DNA of 63,306 bases, filler included. It is 5 parts of 5 records of this genome, joined end to end, with 100 filler letters (N's around TTAATTAATTAA, not from the genome) between each part and the next. Parts side by side here need not be neighbours in the genome. Positions count along the whole stretch, not along the records: positions 18,908 to 32,453 come from DRR723986_4706; positions 32,554 to 45,874 come from DRR723986_4713; 3 more parts are not named here. The stretch is one strand, 5' to 3'. Shown here piece by piece: positions 29,982 through 39,859 of the stretch. The stretch's first letter is position 1, and every line of letters begins with the position of its first letter. The notes below the pieces were generated by a model. That model searched no databases. It had not been told where the DNA came from and saw only the letters and a list, made by a program, of their open reading frames with translations. The position numbers and the translations under genes are program-made.

Positions 29982-30344
29982 TCAGCCGACCACGCGATGG
30001 CCACGGCCGCGCAGGCATTGGGTAACGATGGCTTCTCGCCGCTCAGTCGCGTTGACAGCACCCGCCGCGCCGCCCGCCACAGCGCCCACGATGGCTCCGG
30101 CCAGGGCGTCTCCATCGTCGTCAACCTCACCCAAAACGGCACCGGCACCAGCACCAAGAGCAGCTGCGCCCATGGTTTCCCGATCGAACTGCCGCTGATT
30201 GCGGGCAAGGTTCTGGCAGGCGGCGAGATCGCTTTGGAACGTCGCGGTGGGCGCACCATCGAGGATCGGTGTGTAGTTGGCGCCGCTGTTGGCACAGGCC
30301 GTCAGCAGGACTGGAAGAATGGCGGTGAGATAGATCGGTTTCAT
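29982..30344 (-). CDS. Glycine-zipper lipoprotein
   Basis: Lipobox LLTAC; DLAACQNLA, Gly/Ala zipper and C-terminal CLRGRGH. Confidence 0.88.
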   Translation of the reverse strand: MKPIYLTAILPVLLTACANSGANYTPILDGAPTATFQSDLAACQNLARNQRQFDRETMGAAALGAGAGAVLGEVDDDGDALAGAIVGAVAGGAAGAVNATERREAIVTQCLRGRGHRVVG

Positions 30345-30439
30345 TGGTTTTTCCTTGGGTTCCGAGAACAGGACTAAAGGCGCGCAAACACGAGGCGTGC
30401 GGCGTGAAGGATGTGTTTGGGATAGGCGTCAGGCGTCGG

Positions 30440-31483
30440 TCAGTCGGGACCGTCACGGATAAGGGCGGCGTATGCATCCGATCCGCGAAACCTGTCGCGG
30501 TAATCGGAGGCTGAGACTCCCAGATGCCGTTGGAATGCGCGCCGCATACGTTCTGCGTTTTGAAAACCTGTCTGTATGGCAATCTGTTCGACACCGCTTG
30601 ACGTAGCCTCAAGCGCGACCCGTGCCGACTGCACGCGTGCTGTTTCGACATAGGATGCGGGCGTAAGCTGCGTCTCGTCCTTGAACCGACGTGCGAATGT
30701 CCGCTCTGACATGCCAGCGCGGGCAGCCAATGCCGTGACGGTCAGCGGATCGCCGGGATTGGCAAGGATGTATTCCAGGGTCGCATTAATGGCCGGATCT
30801 TCCGCGCGTTGCGCCACCAGATGGGCGCTGAATTGCGACTGGCCGCCGGGGCGCATCATGTACATCACATTGTAGCGCGCGACCTGAAGCGCGATGTCGT
30901 GGCCCCAGTCCATCTCGACCAACGCAAGCGCCAAGTCCATTCCGGCGGTAACGCCGGCCGAGGTCCAGATGCTTCCGTCCCGCACGAAGATCGCATCCCG
31001 GTCCACCGTCACGCCAGGATAGCGTTGCTCCAGTATCGGGCACCACCACCAATGCGTGCTGGCGCGTTTACCTTCCAATAACCCGGCCTCGGCGAGGATC
31101 ATGGCCCCGGTGCAAATCGAAACGATCCTCCGTGATCTGGGCGCCGCCCGGCTGACGAAATCCATCAAGCCTGCATCCTCGAGCGCCGCCATCGTTCCAT
31201 GACCGCCGCTGACAATCAGAGTATCGATCAGGTCGGTATCTTCGACGGCTTCGGCAAAGGACCGATGCGCGGTCAGGCTCAATCCCGACGTCGTTGATAC
31301 CGGCCCGGCATTTGCAGCGACGACCGTCACAGCATAAGGATCCGGCCCTTCGGGCAGGAAGAACTTGGTCCCGGTCAAGATCTCGAGCGGCCCGACAACA
31401 TCGAGTATATGGGCATCCGGGTAGGTGACCATGACCACGCTGCGGCTTCGCTGCTTTGACAGATATGTTGGTTTGTGTGCCAT
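30440..31483 (-). CDS. GlxA-family regulator (DJ-1/PfpI + AraC HTH)
   Basis: LDVVGP, SICTGA, TSAGVTAGMDLAL, RPGGQSQFS and AraC MSERTFARRF. Confidence 0.93.
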   Translation of the reverse strand: MAHKPTYLSKQRSRSVVMVTYPDAHILDVVGPLEILTGTKFFLPEGPDPYAVTVVAANAGPVSTTSGLSLTAHRSFAEAVEDTDLIDTLIVSGGHGTMAALEDAGLMDFVSRAAPRSRRIVSICTGAMILAEAGLLEGKRASTHWWWCPILEQRYPGVTVDRDAIFVRDGSIWTSAGVTAGMDLALALVEMDWGHDIALQVARYNVMYMMRPGGQSQFSAHLVAQRAEDPAINATLEYILANPGDPLTVTALAARAGMSERTFARRFKDETQLTPASYVETARVQSARVALEATSSGVEQIAIQTGFQNAERMRRAFQRHLGVSASDYRDRFRGSDAYAALIRDGPD

Positions 31484-31640
31484 ATTCTGACACTAGGCCA
31501 ATCTGGACAGTGACCGTTAGGACAAAGACCCCTCGGTTTCTGCCAGACGACGGGAAATCTGGAAGATTGAAAATCCCTCGCTCGATGCACGCTCTCGAAT
31601 CCTCTATCGAAGAGAAATATCGTATATGTTTTCAATGTCT

Positions 31641-31656
31641 TGGTGCCTGGAGAGGG
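31641..31656 (-). mobile_element. Candidate att site: isolated tRNA-Leu-like 3' end
   Basis: Minus strand CCCTCTCCAGGCACCA (T-stem/acceptor + CCA) with no tRNA 5' part. Confidence 0.45.
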
Positions 31657-32053
31657 TTCGACGTCAGTCCTGTCCTACCGCCATTTTCCCATTGCAAACC
31701 CGAGGCAAAGCCCCCGTCTGGGCCTTTTTTCTTTTTGTTTCAAAGGGGACTAGCACCTGCATCGTTCAATCAGCGTAAGGCGTCCACTACTGGTTCGCTT
31801 TGATGAAAGCGTTCGCGATTGCAGCGTGTTTCCGCAGGAGCTTCGTGGTCGAAACTTGGCTGGTGCGTACAAAACTCATTCAAGTCAGATTGTGAAAGAG
31901 GAAACGCCGTATCGTGAATATGGATGCAGCAACTAACGCAATCTCAACCTGATCGCCGCAACACCACGAACCCAGCCGGGCCAAGATACCGGCTTACGAT
32001 AGACTGCTCGCGGCGAGGCGCAATCGTCAAACTACCCCAAGGGCAGTGGCCCC

Positions 32054-32270
32054 ATGGTCGAGGGCGACGCCCGCCTGCCGATGCAAGTCACCGACACCGG
32101 GGTTCTGGTGGACCAACCGCCGGCGCCCCCCCCTTTCCGCGCGCATCCTGAGGGCGTGCGATGCGCCGGCACCTGCCACGGACCCCGTTTCGGCACGGCG
32201 CGAGGGCTGCGCGACCCTACTGGAAAATGCCTTTTTCCGGGTCGAGATCGGTCCGCATGGCATGGTAGGC
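32054..32270 (+). pseudogene. Possible fragment of a GH38 alpha-mannosidase-like gene
   Basis: RLPMQVTDTGVLVDQP, frameshift at a C run, then LSARILR...TLLENAFFRVEIGPHG, which resembles the GH38 LEN..lrv.i...G motif. Confidence 0.3.
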
Positions 32271-32453
32271 TCGAGACTTCGATCGCCAGGTCGCGGAATT
32301 GCAAGTTCGAATCGCCGTACTGAACGGCTACACCGCTCTTGGCATACCCGTCACTGTGGCCGTAGAGTAAATCCGTCCGGGGAAAGGGGAAGCCCGGCCC
32401 TCAGCCGATTTGTGCAACAAAGCCGGGTGGCGGCTGGAGATCAGATCAACTGC

Positions 32454-32553
32454 NNNNNNNNNNNNNNNNNNNNNNNNNNNNNNNNNNNNNNNNNNNNTTA
32501 ATTAATTAANNNNNNNNNNNNNNNNNNNNNNNNNNNNNNNNNNNNNNNNNNNN
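32454..32553. other. Artificial contig spacer
   Basis: 44 N + TTAATTAATTAA + 44 N. Confidence 0.99.
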
Positions 32554-32587
32554 AGGCGTGCGCCTTCGACCACTCGGCCACCTGTCC
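32554..32587 (-). tRNA. tRNA-Ser (probably GGA), 5' fragment truncated by contig end
   Basis: Minus strand GGACAGGTGGCCGAGTGGTCGAAGGCGCACGCCT; cut just before the anticodon. Confidence 0.85.
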
Positions 32588-32643
32588 ACTGCGGCGTTAT
32601 TTGAAGTATCCTGCACCGGTTTGCAAGAGGCTTTTTTGTACTT

Positions 32644-33366
32644 TTATGCATCTAGATGAAGGTAAATGCGGCGGTTCACTTTTCCCTTTTTTTCGACCTT
32701 GCCCAAACGGATTTTCCCGATCTCTCCGGTGCGAGTCACATGGGTGCCCCCACAGGGTTGCAGGTCAACCTGCGCGTCGCCTTCGCCGATGCGGATCAAG
32801 CGAATACGCCCAGCCCCGCGAGGTGGCGATACCGACATGGTTTTGACCAAGCCGGGGTTGGCTGCCAGCTCCTCGTCTGTGATAGAATCTTCGAGAACCG
32901 GCAGATCCTGGTCGATCAGAGACTGCAATCGCGACTGTAACGCAGCTTTATCCTCTGGGGCATCGGGCATATTGAAATCCAACCGCCCTTTTTCAGCACC
33001 TATGGATCCACCAGAAACAGGCAAAGGGATCACAACAGACAATAGATGCAAAGCGGTGTGCACCCGCATATGGCCGTATCGTTTTTCCCAGTCCAACTCC
33101 ATCGAGACTTCTGTTCCGACCGGCGGCAGGCTCTGCCCCTCGGTCGGAATCAAAGCGATCGCACCGCCTTCGATCTTGATTGCTGTGACAACGCCCATTT
33201 CACCACTGCCCCAGCGCAGCGAACCGCTGTCGCCTGGCTGGCCGCCGCTGGTGGCGTAATACAAGCTTTTATCCAAAATCACTCCGCCGTCAGACGTATG
33301 CGCAAGCACAGTCGCCACACCTGTTTTTTGATAGGCATCTTGAAGGAATAACGGCTCAGTGTTCAT
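32644..33366 (-). CDS. alaX: Alanyl-tRNA editing protein (AlaX-M)
   Basis: YATSGGQPGD; Zn motifs HTALH and CGGTH. Confidence 0.93.
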   Translation of the reverse strand: MNTEPLFLQDAYQKTGVATVLAHTSDGGVILDKSLYYATSGGQPGDSGSLRWGSGEMGVVTAIKIEGGAIALIPTEGQSLPPVGTEVSMELDWEKRYGHMRVHTALHLLSVVIPLPVSGGSIGAEKGRLDFNMPDAPEDKAALQSRLQSLIDQDLPVLEDSITDEELAANPGLVKTMSVSPPRGAGRIRLIRIGEGDAQVDLQPCGGTHVTRTGEIGKIRLGKVEKKGKVNRRIYLHLDA

Positions 33367-35761
33367 CTGGGGTCTCCGCGCTCATATCTGCTTCGGTCAT
33401 CTCAATTGGATCACTGGCTTGATTTGGCACTTTACCTTTGCCTGCAACACCTTTGGTCGACAAAGCTTCGGGGTTACGCAACCAAATATCCCGCTGCGCA
33501 AACGGAATCTCCAAACCAGCTTCGGTGAACCGTTTGGCAATTTCATGGTTCATGTCTGATTTAACAGACAGAACCCAATTCACATCCCGCAAGATGGCGC
33601 GAATTTCGAAATCCAAAGAATCCGCTCCAAAGCCCTGAAACACCACGCTGGGGGACGGGTTCGCAAGAACCATGGGGTGGGAATTGGCAACTTCGCCGAG
33701 GATTTTCTCAACCAGCCGCGTGTCTGTACCATACGCCACACCGACCGGAACGATCACACGACCAACCGTGTTGCCACGGGTGTAGTTCACCACCGATCCG
33801 CTGATCAAATCCGAATTCGGGATAATGACATCTGTTCTGTCAAACGTCTCAATCCGCGTTGCACGGACAGAAATATCACGCACATAACCCATACGACCTC
33901 CAACATCGATCCAATCCCCTTTGGAAATAGGACGTTCGACAAGAAGAATTATCCCTGAAACGAAGTTCGAAACGATGGTTTGCAACCCAAAACCGATACC
34001 AACGGAAAGCGCCCCGGCGACAATGGCAAGCGAGGACAAATCCAGCCCCGCGCCGGTGACCGCCACCAAGGCCGCAAGAAATATACCAACATAGCCAGTG
34101 CCAGCGACAATAGCATTTTGCCCGCCGGGATCGATGTTTGTTTTTGGCAGCAAAGAGTTCCGCAACCCCCCCTGCAACAAGCGTGTCAGTGTATATCCAA
34201 CCATGAACAGAACAGCGAAAGTCAAAAAAATTGTTGGAGATATTCTGGTGCCGCCAATCTGAAACCCCTCGAGCAACTTGGTCCAAAGCTCAGTCATCAC
34301 CTCAACTCTGGCGCCCCACAAAAGCGCCAAGATTGGGAAAGATACCAGCGCCAACGCAAACCCGATCAAAACTGTGAACAACGAGTCGCGCGCAGTGTCC
34401 CCGCTGCGAGAAATCCAGACATATAGATTAACCAGAAACCGCTGCAAAATGATCATGATAGCAATCAGAGCCAATGATGTTACCGCAGGGTAAATCAACG
34501 CCTCGGCGCCGTGAATGTATCCCGCAGCGGCCAGAATAGGCGCGATGAGGCCCAGCAAATAAAGCGCGCGGCGTATGAGGTCGATCAGACGGGAAAACCC
34601 TTGAAGGCTACGATCACCCCCGCCTGTGAGCGCATCTTGTCCGGCATCAGTTGACCGCAAGCGCTGCATCCGCTGCAAAATAAGCGCCGTCATACACACG
34701 ACGGGAAAGCTGATCACTGCCCGTGTTGCTTCGGTAATATTTTCGACGGCTCCAAGCAATTGCACCAAACCATGGAAAATAAGCATCATCGACAGCAGGT
34801 CGATCAATAGGCGCAATTCAGAAATACGCATCGACGCCAGAAGTTTCAGTTCTTCTTGGCGGCGCAGCAGGAATATTTGTCGTCCAATCCAGTTAAAGAT
34901 CAGAAAAATTGCGGCCCAAACCGGAATCCCGTCCAAGATGAGCTGCCCGCGCAGCCCCAAAAAGCCTGCAAGCGACGCAGCCTTGACCAACAGCATTGTC
35001 CCAAAATAAGGCAGCGCAATACGTGTCAGCGAAACGACAAAGCTCCATACTCCGGTTCCTGCCCCCCCAAAACTGCGCAGATAGTCACCAAAACGTTCGG
35101 ACCACTGACGCCCTCGGAAAATCAACACGAGTCCTGCAAACAGCAGGCCCAAGATCATAGGCAATTGATCTTTGATTTTTTGACGTACAACGTCAGAGCC
35201 AAGGTTGGTCACGGTTTCATTGACTAAACCTGAAAAGGCTCGATCAAGGCTTGTCCAAGCATCCGGCCAATATGTTGGGTTCAACGGTGATGGCCCCCGG
35301 GACAAAAGCTTCTCAGCTTCTCGTTCCCGAATGATGCGATCCACCTCAGTGATCAGCCCATTGGCACGGCTATACGCTTCTTCTGACACAATGCGCGGAA
35401 CTCTCAAAACATCCAGCTGCTCGGTCAGGATTTTTCGTAGGTTAGCAATGTCTGAAGGCTCTTCACCCGTTTCGGGCTTAGGGCCAAGCGAGTCTAATTG
35501 TGACTCGAGCGTATGAATACGCTCTGAATTTTTAGTGCGCACAACCGCAAAAATCTCGCGGTATTCTGAAATTTCACTGCGTAGCTTTCCAAACGCGGCG
35601 CTCGAGGCCTTGGAATTGTCAACGGCCTCTTCCGCGCGCGCCGCGGTTTTCAACCAAGCTTTATAATAGTCACGGCTGGTTTCAGATAGCTGGGCCTCGG
35701 CCATTCCGGTCAGGCCCAGCATCAATACGGCAACCGCCGCGATGAGTATGCGGCGTGTCAA
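33356..35761 (-). CDS. Large mechanosensitive channel (DUF3772 + MscS)
   Basis: Signal peptide, coiled coil, many TMs; GALSVGIGFGLQTIVSNFVSGIILL and IPFAQRDI; TTG start chosen by SD GAGG. Confidence 0.9.
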   Translation of the reverse strand: MTRRILIAAVAVLMLGLTGMAEAQLSETSRDYYKAWLKTAARAEEAVDNSKASSAAFGKLRSEISEYREIFAVVRTKNSERIHTLESQLDSLGPKPETGEEPSDIANLRKILTEQLDVLRVPRIVSEEAYSRANGLITEVDRIIREREAEKLLSRGPSPLNPTYWPDAWTSLDRAFSGLVNETVTNLGSDVVRQKIKDQLPMILGLLFAGLVLIFRGRQWSERFGDYLRSFGGAGTGVWSFVVSLTRIALPYFGTMLLVKAASLAGFLGLRGQLILDGIPVWAAIFLIFNWIGRQIFLLRRQEELKLLASMRISELRLLIDLLSMMLIFHGLVQLLGAVENITEATRAVISFPVVCMTALILQRMQRLRSTDAGQDALTGGGDRSLQGFSRLIDLIRRALYLLGLIAPILAAAGYIHGAEALIYPAVTSLALIAIMIILQRFLVNLYVWISRSGDTARDSLFTVLIGFALALVSFPILALLWGARVEVMTELWTKLLEGFQIGGTRISPTIFLTFAVLFMVGYTLTRLLQGGLRNSLLPKTNIDPGGQNAIVAGTGYVGIFLAALVAVTGAGLDLSSLAIVAGALSVGIGFGLQTIVSNFVSGIILLVERPISKGDWIDVGGRMGYVRDISVRATRIETFDRTDVIIPNSDLISGSVVNYTRGNTVGRVIVPVGVAYGTDTRLVEKILGEVANSHPMVLANPSPSVVFQGFGADSLDFEIRAILRDVNWVLSVKSDMNHEIAKRFTEAGLEIPFAQRDIWLRNPEALSTKGVAGKGKVPNQASDPIEMTEADMSAETPDEH

Positions 35762-35768
35762 AGTCACC

Positions 35769-36803
35769 TCAAACGTCCTCGAATACACCGGGAATGCTAG
35801 ATGGCGCTTTGGTCATCCAGTCGGGAACCGGCAGTTCTTTTTCACGAAGGAAATCGGGGTTGAACAACTTGGACTGATATCGTGTACCGTAGTCACACAA
35901 GACGGTCACAATTGTGTGGCCCGGACCTAAGTCTTTGGCCAAATGGACCGCCCCAGCGATATTGATCGCCGAAGACCCCCCCAAGACCAATCCTTCTTCG
36001 TGTAACAGATCGAAAACATAAGGCAGCGCCTCAGCATCGGGTATCTGATAGGAAAAATCTGGCTTGAACCCTTCGAGGTTCTTAGTGATGCGCACTTGAC
36101 CGATGCCTTCGGCGATCGAGCCGCCTTCCATCGCCAGTTCCCCTGTGGTGTAGTAACTGAACAGCCCTGCTCCCATAGGATCCGCAAGCCCGATTTTGAC
36201 GCCTTTAGGCTGCAGAACATCAGCGATTCCGGCCAAGGTTCCGCCCGAACCAACAGCACAAACAAATCCATCTACATTGCCGTCGGTCTGATCCCAGATT
36301 TCTGGACCAGTGGTTTCGATATGTGCCTGACGGTTCGCAACGTTGTCGAATTGGTTCGCCCAAATCGCGCCGTTGGGTTCCGTTTTGTTTAGCTCATGCG
36401 CCAACCGCTCGGAATACCGGACAAAGTTGTTCGGATTGCGATAGGGAGCCGCAGGAACCTGCACCAACTGCGCGCCAGCCAGCCGCAGCATATCCTTTTT
36501 CTCTTCGGATTGCGTTTCAGGGATCACAATCACAGTCTTGAACCCCATCGAGGCCCCGACAAGCGCCAAACCAATTCCAGTGTTCCCAGCAGTTCCCTCG
36601 ACGATCGTACCGCCCGGTTTCAATTCACCGCGCGCAATCGCATCTCGAATGATATACAAAGCGGCCCGGTCTTTGACCGACTGACCCGGGTTCAGGAACT
36701 CGGCCTTCCCAAGGATCTCGCATCCGGTTTCTTCGCTGACCCGACGAAGCCGGATCAAAGGTGTCTTTCCGACTGCATCTGCCAGATCGCTCGCAATGCG
36801 CAT
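35769..36803 (-). CDS. cysK: Cysteine synthase A
   Basis: KAEFLNPGQSVKDR, EGTAGNTGIG and GSGGT motifs. Confidence 0.95.
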   Translation of the reverse strand: MRIASDLADAVGKTPLIRLRRVSEETGCEILGKAEFLNPGQSVKDRAALYIIRDAIARGELKPGGTIVEGTAGNTGIGLALVGASMGFKTVIVIPETQSEEKKDMLRLAGAQLVQVPAAPYRNPNNFVRYSERLAHELNKTEPNGAIWANQFDNVANRQAHIETTGPEIWDQTDGNVDGFVCAVGSGGTLAGIADVLQPKGVKIGLADPMGAGLFSYYTTGELAMEGGSIAEGIGQVRITKNLEGFKPDFSYQIPDAEALPYVFDLLHEEGLVLGGSSAINIAGAVHLAKDLGPGHTIVTVLCDYGTRYQSKLFNPDFLREKELPVPDWMTKAPSSIPGVFEDV

Positions 36804-36886
36804 GATGACCTCACTTTTGATATTCGTTGTTCAGGTGTACCCCTGCTCCGATGCGACCTCAAGCTGAGATAGATCGAGGTAAGTTG

Positions 36887-38017
36887 TCAAATTGCGCCTC
36901 GCAAGCGTGACCGATGCCGATTCAACCATTGGGCCGCCGCCAACAGGTGCAAACTTTTGATCTGTTGGGCATCGGCCATCGCCATAAGCGCATCAAAAGT
37001 AATGATCTGGCTGCGAATATCTTCGCCTTCAGTGTCGATCCCTGCCCCACTCACCGTTTTGCTAATATCAGCCAATCCGACGAACAGATGACAAAACTCC
37101 CCCGAAGAACCAGCGCTGGAATACACCTGCCCCACCTCCTCTAAGCCAGAGAGATGCAGATGCGCCTCTTCAAGAGTCTCCCGCATAGCAGTTTCTTCTG
37201 GCGTCTCCCCCGGATCAACCAATCCTGCCACCGTCTCCCAAATCCAAGGGGCCGGATCCCCAGCGATAAAGGCGGGTGCCCGAAACTGTTGGATCAAAAG
37301 CACCGTATCGCGCACAGGGTCATAGGGAAGCACGACAACAGATCGCCCGACCAACAACGCACTGCGGTTGACAACCGGGCTCAGCTTCCCATCAAATTGG
37401 CGAAACTGAAGGTCCACTTCATCCATCGCAAAGAAATCCAGGTGGGATCTCTTGTGCTCGTGTAAGACAACATCTTTGCTCACGTCCCATTCAGGGTCTT
37501 TGGGACCCGCCTCTGCCGCAATCCGCGCCGCGGCCCGAATACGGATAGAAGGAAACCGTTTGGCAATCTCTTCGGCTGACTTTTGACCAAAATGGCTCAT
37601 GACTTCTTGAGCGGCGACCAACGACATCGCCCCCCATTTGTCTATCCAATTCTGCAGCGACCAGAGCTCACCCGCGTCCCACAATCCGGGAGCCGGGAAA
37701 AACACATCTCCTGCGGTGGTTTCACCTGTGTGGGTCACAAAATTACGCGGGCTCAGATCATAATCAAACCCGCCTTCGTAATAGACCAAGCGTGCAATAT
37801 CATCTGCACTCAGTCCACACACCAAAACTCCTTGAGCCTTAGCGTTTAGCATCGTCTGGATCATCGGGAAGGCCTGATCCACGACCGCGTGCACCGCATG
37901 GTCTGGCAGATGCGCCTCGACCATATCTATTTCGGAAGCCCCCCGACCCAAAACAATTTCAAGCAACGGCGTATACCGCAACGAACCATAAAAAAAGAGA
38001 TTAGTCACAAGACCCAC
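36887..38017 (-). CDS. trgB: Gamma-glutamylcyclotransferase-like + NUDIX fusion (TrgB-like)
   Basis: N-terminal FFYGSL; Nudix box AGLVDPGETPEETAMRETLEEA; trgA-trgB-cysK order as in Rhodobacter. Confidence 0.8.
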   Translation of the reverse strand: MGLVTNLFFYGSLRYTPLLEIVLGRGASEIDMVEAHLPDHAVHAVVDQAFPMIQTMLNAKAQGVLVCGLSADDIARLVYYEGGFDYDLSPRNFVTHTGETTAGDVFFPAPGLWDAGELWSLQNWIDKWGAMSLVAAQEVMSHFGQKSAEEIAKRFPSIRIRAAARIAAEAGPKDPEWDVSKDVVLHEHKRSHLDFFAMDEVDLQFRQFDGKLSPVVNRSALLVGRSVVVLPYDPVRDTVLLIQQFRAPAFIAGDPAPWIWETVAGLVDPGETPEETAMRETLEEAHLHLSGLEEVGQVYSSAGSSGEFCHLFVGLADISKTVSGAGIDTEGEDIRSQIITFDALMAMADAQQIKSLHLLAAAQWLNRHRSRLRGAI

Positions 38018-38052
38018 TCACCTAGTTCTAATTTTCGAAATTTACGTGTGTA

Positions 38053-38493
38053 TCAGCGCCATTGACGCCAAGCAAACTCAGTCGCCAAGCCAGCCAATAC
38101 ACTGCCAACCAAAACAGTAGCAATAATGTTTGGGACAAAAATCGTCGTTCCATATTCAAATCCGATTTCAAAAATCGAGAGCAACGCTTCGAACGGACCA
38201 TCATACCGGTTTTTCATGGCACGGCGCACCATTTCATAGGTCCCCTGCACAAAAAGCCCCCAAAAAATCAGCGCTGCCCCGCCGGTCAGGCCGTTGTTTA
38301 TGGCCTCTGTAATTCCGCGGCCGGCGCGCTTGCCCATCACTATCCAACCACACAGGATCCCAAGGACGATGTTCACCCACGTGAAATACCCAAAATCCAT
38401 TCCCTCGGGCATCAGAGGGATCACCATGCCAGACACAAGAAAGGCAATCAGCGCGAGGCTGATGGCGGCAACAAGACGAGCGGCTGTGGGCAT
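38053..38493 (-). CDS. trgA: TrgA-family membrane protein
   Basis: MPTAARLVAA, GWIVMGKRAGRG and RYDGPFEA motifs; synteny. Confidence 0.85.
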   Translation of the reverse strand: MPTAARLVAAISLALIAFLVSGMVIPLMPEGMDFGYFTWVNIVLGILCGWIVMGKRAGRGITEAINNGLTGGAALIFWGLFVQGTYEMVRRAMKNRYDGPFEALLSIFEIGFEYGTTIFVPNIIATVLVGSVLAGLATEFAWRQWR

Positions 38494-38509
38494 TTTGAGT
38501 GGTCCTGAC

Positions 38510-39718
38510 TTATTCGGGTCTTACGATTGTAATCTGTGTCACATCGCAGTTCCCGGTGTCAAAGGCTGCGCCACAGGATGTCAGGTAGAAATTCCAGAGA
38601 CGACGAAACCGATCATCAAACCCCAGTTTGGCGATTTGGTCCCATTTGCCATTAAAGGTATCGTGCCAGCGTCTTAGCGTTTGATCATAGCTCTGCCCAA
38701 ATTCTCGGGACCGAACAATCCGCAAACCAGCTTGTTCGATCTGCCCCTTCAAAACCTTAGGCGAAGGCAACATTCCCCCGGGAAAGATGTATTTTTGGAT
38801 GAAATCAACACCGTTTTTGTAAACATCCCATCGCCGGTCCGCGACCGTGATGATCTGCAGCGTTGCTTGTGCTCCGGGCTTTAACCGTTTGCTGACCGTG
38901 TCAAAATAAATCGGCCAGTACTTTTGCCCAACCGCTTCGAACATTTCAATCGAAGCGATACCGTCGTATTGCCCCGTTTCATCACGGTAGTCCTGCATCT
39001 TAAAGGATACGAGATCTGAAAGCCCTGCCTTATCAATTCGTTGTCGCGCAAAGTTAAACTGCTCCTGGCTAATTGTAAGACCAGTCACCTGCAGTCCGCG
39101 TTCCTTGGCCGCGTACTCGGCAAATCCCCCCCAACCACAGCCAATCTCCAAAATATGATCCCCGGGCTTTACACCCATCTCATTGACTAGGCTTTCATAT
39201 TTCGCAATCTGCGCCTTTTCCAAGCTTTCCTGACCTGTTTCAAAAATGGCGCTTGAATAGGTCATCGTATCATCCAGCCACAGGCCGTAGAATTCGTTTC
39301 CCAAATCGTAATGATGCGAAATGTTCTTTTTCGCTTGTTCTTTGTGATTGCGCTGCAGCCAGAACCGCATCCGTTCATAGGCCCGAACCAAGCCCATGCC
39401 CGGGAAACTATCATAGACCGTGTCCGTCCCCAGATGCATCAGGTCCATAAATGCCCTTAGATCTGGCGTGGTCCACCATTCTTCTAGGTAAGCATCCGAA
39501 AAACCAAGGTCGCCTTCGCGCACCAACCGAGTGAACAAATCAGGATGGTGGACTTTGATCATTGCGACGGGGCCGGGTTCCGTGCCTTGCACACCAAAAA
39601 CCCGCCCATCTGGCAGTTCAATTTCCAGCTCACCATACTGCAAGGTTTGCAGCATCTGCATGACATGGGCGAAATACCTTGGCAGGTTTTCCTGCCCTTC
39701 CGTTGACGTCAGGATCAT
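38510..39718 (-). CDS. Cyclopropane-fatty-acyl-phospholipid synthase family SAM methyltransferase
   Basis: NISHHYDLGNEFY, MTYSSA, LEIGCGWG, SIEMFEAVG and FIQKYIFPGG motifs. Confidence 0.92.
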   Translation of the reverse strand: MILTSTEGQENLPRYFAHVMQMLQTLQYGELEIELPDGRVFGVQGTEPGPVAMIKVHHPDLFTRLVREGDLGFSDAYLEEWWTTPDLRAFMDLMHLGTDTVYDSFPGMGLVRAYERMRFWLQRNHKEQAKKNISHHYDLGNEFYGLWLDDTMTYSSAIFETGQESLEKAQIAKYESLVNEMGVKPGDHILEIGCGWGGFAEYAAKERGLQVTGLTISQEQFNFARQRIDKAGLSDLVSFKMQDYRDETGQYDGIASIEMFEAVGQKYWPIYFDTVSKRLKPGAQATLQIITVADRRWDVYKNGVDFIQKYIFPGGMLPSPKVLKGQIEQAGLRIVRSREFGQSYDQTLRRWHDTFNGKWDQIAKLGFDDRFRRLWNFYLTSCGAAFDTGNCDVTQITIVRPE

Positions 39719-39859
39719 CCGCTTCCCCTTTCAGGTTCACAATAAAGCTAGGACTAGATCCTCTTTCTGGCAAGTTTTGTGTGATTATGGGCAGTTTTCC
39801 GCTATTTTCCGGCAATTTAGGACAGGCCCACTTCAGAAGAGGTGGGCCGGCCTGTCCTC

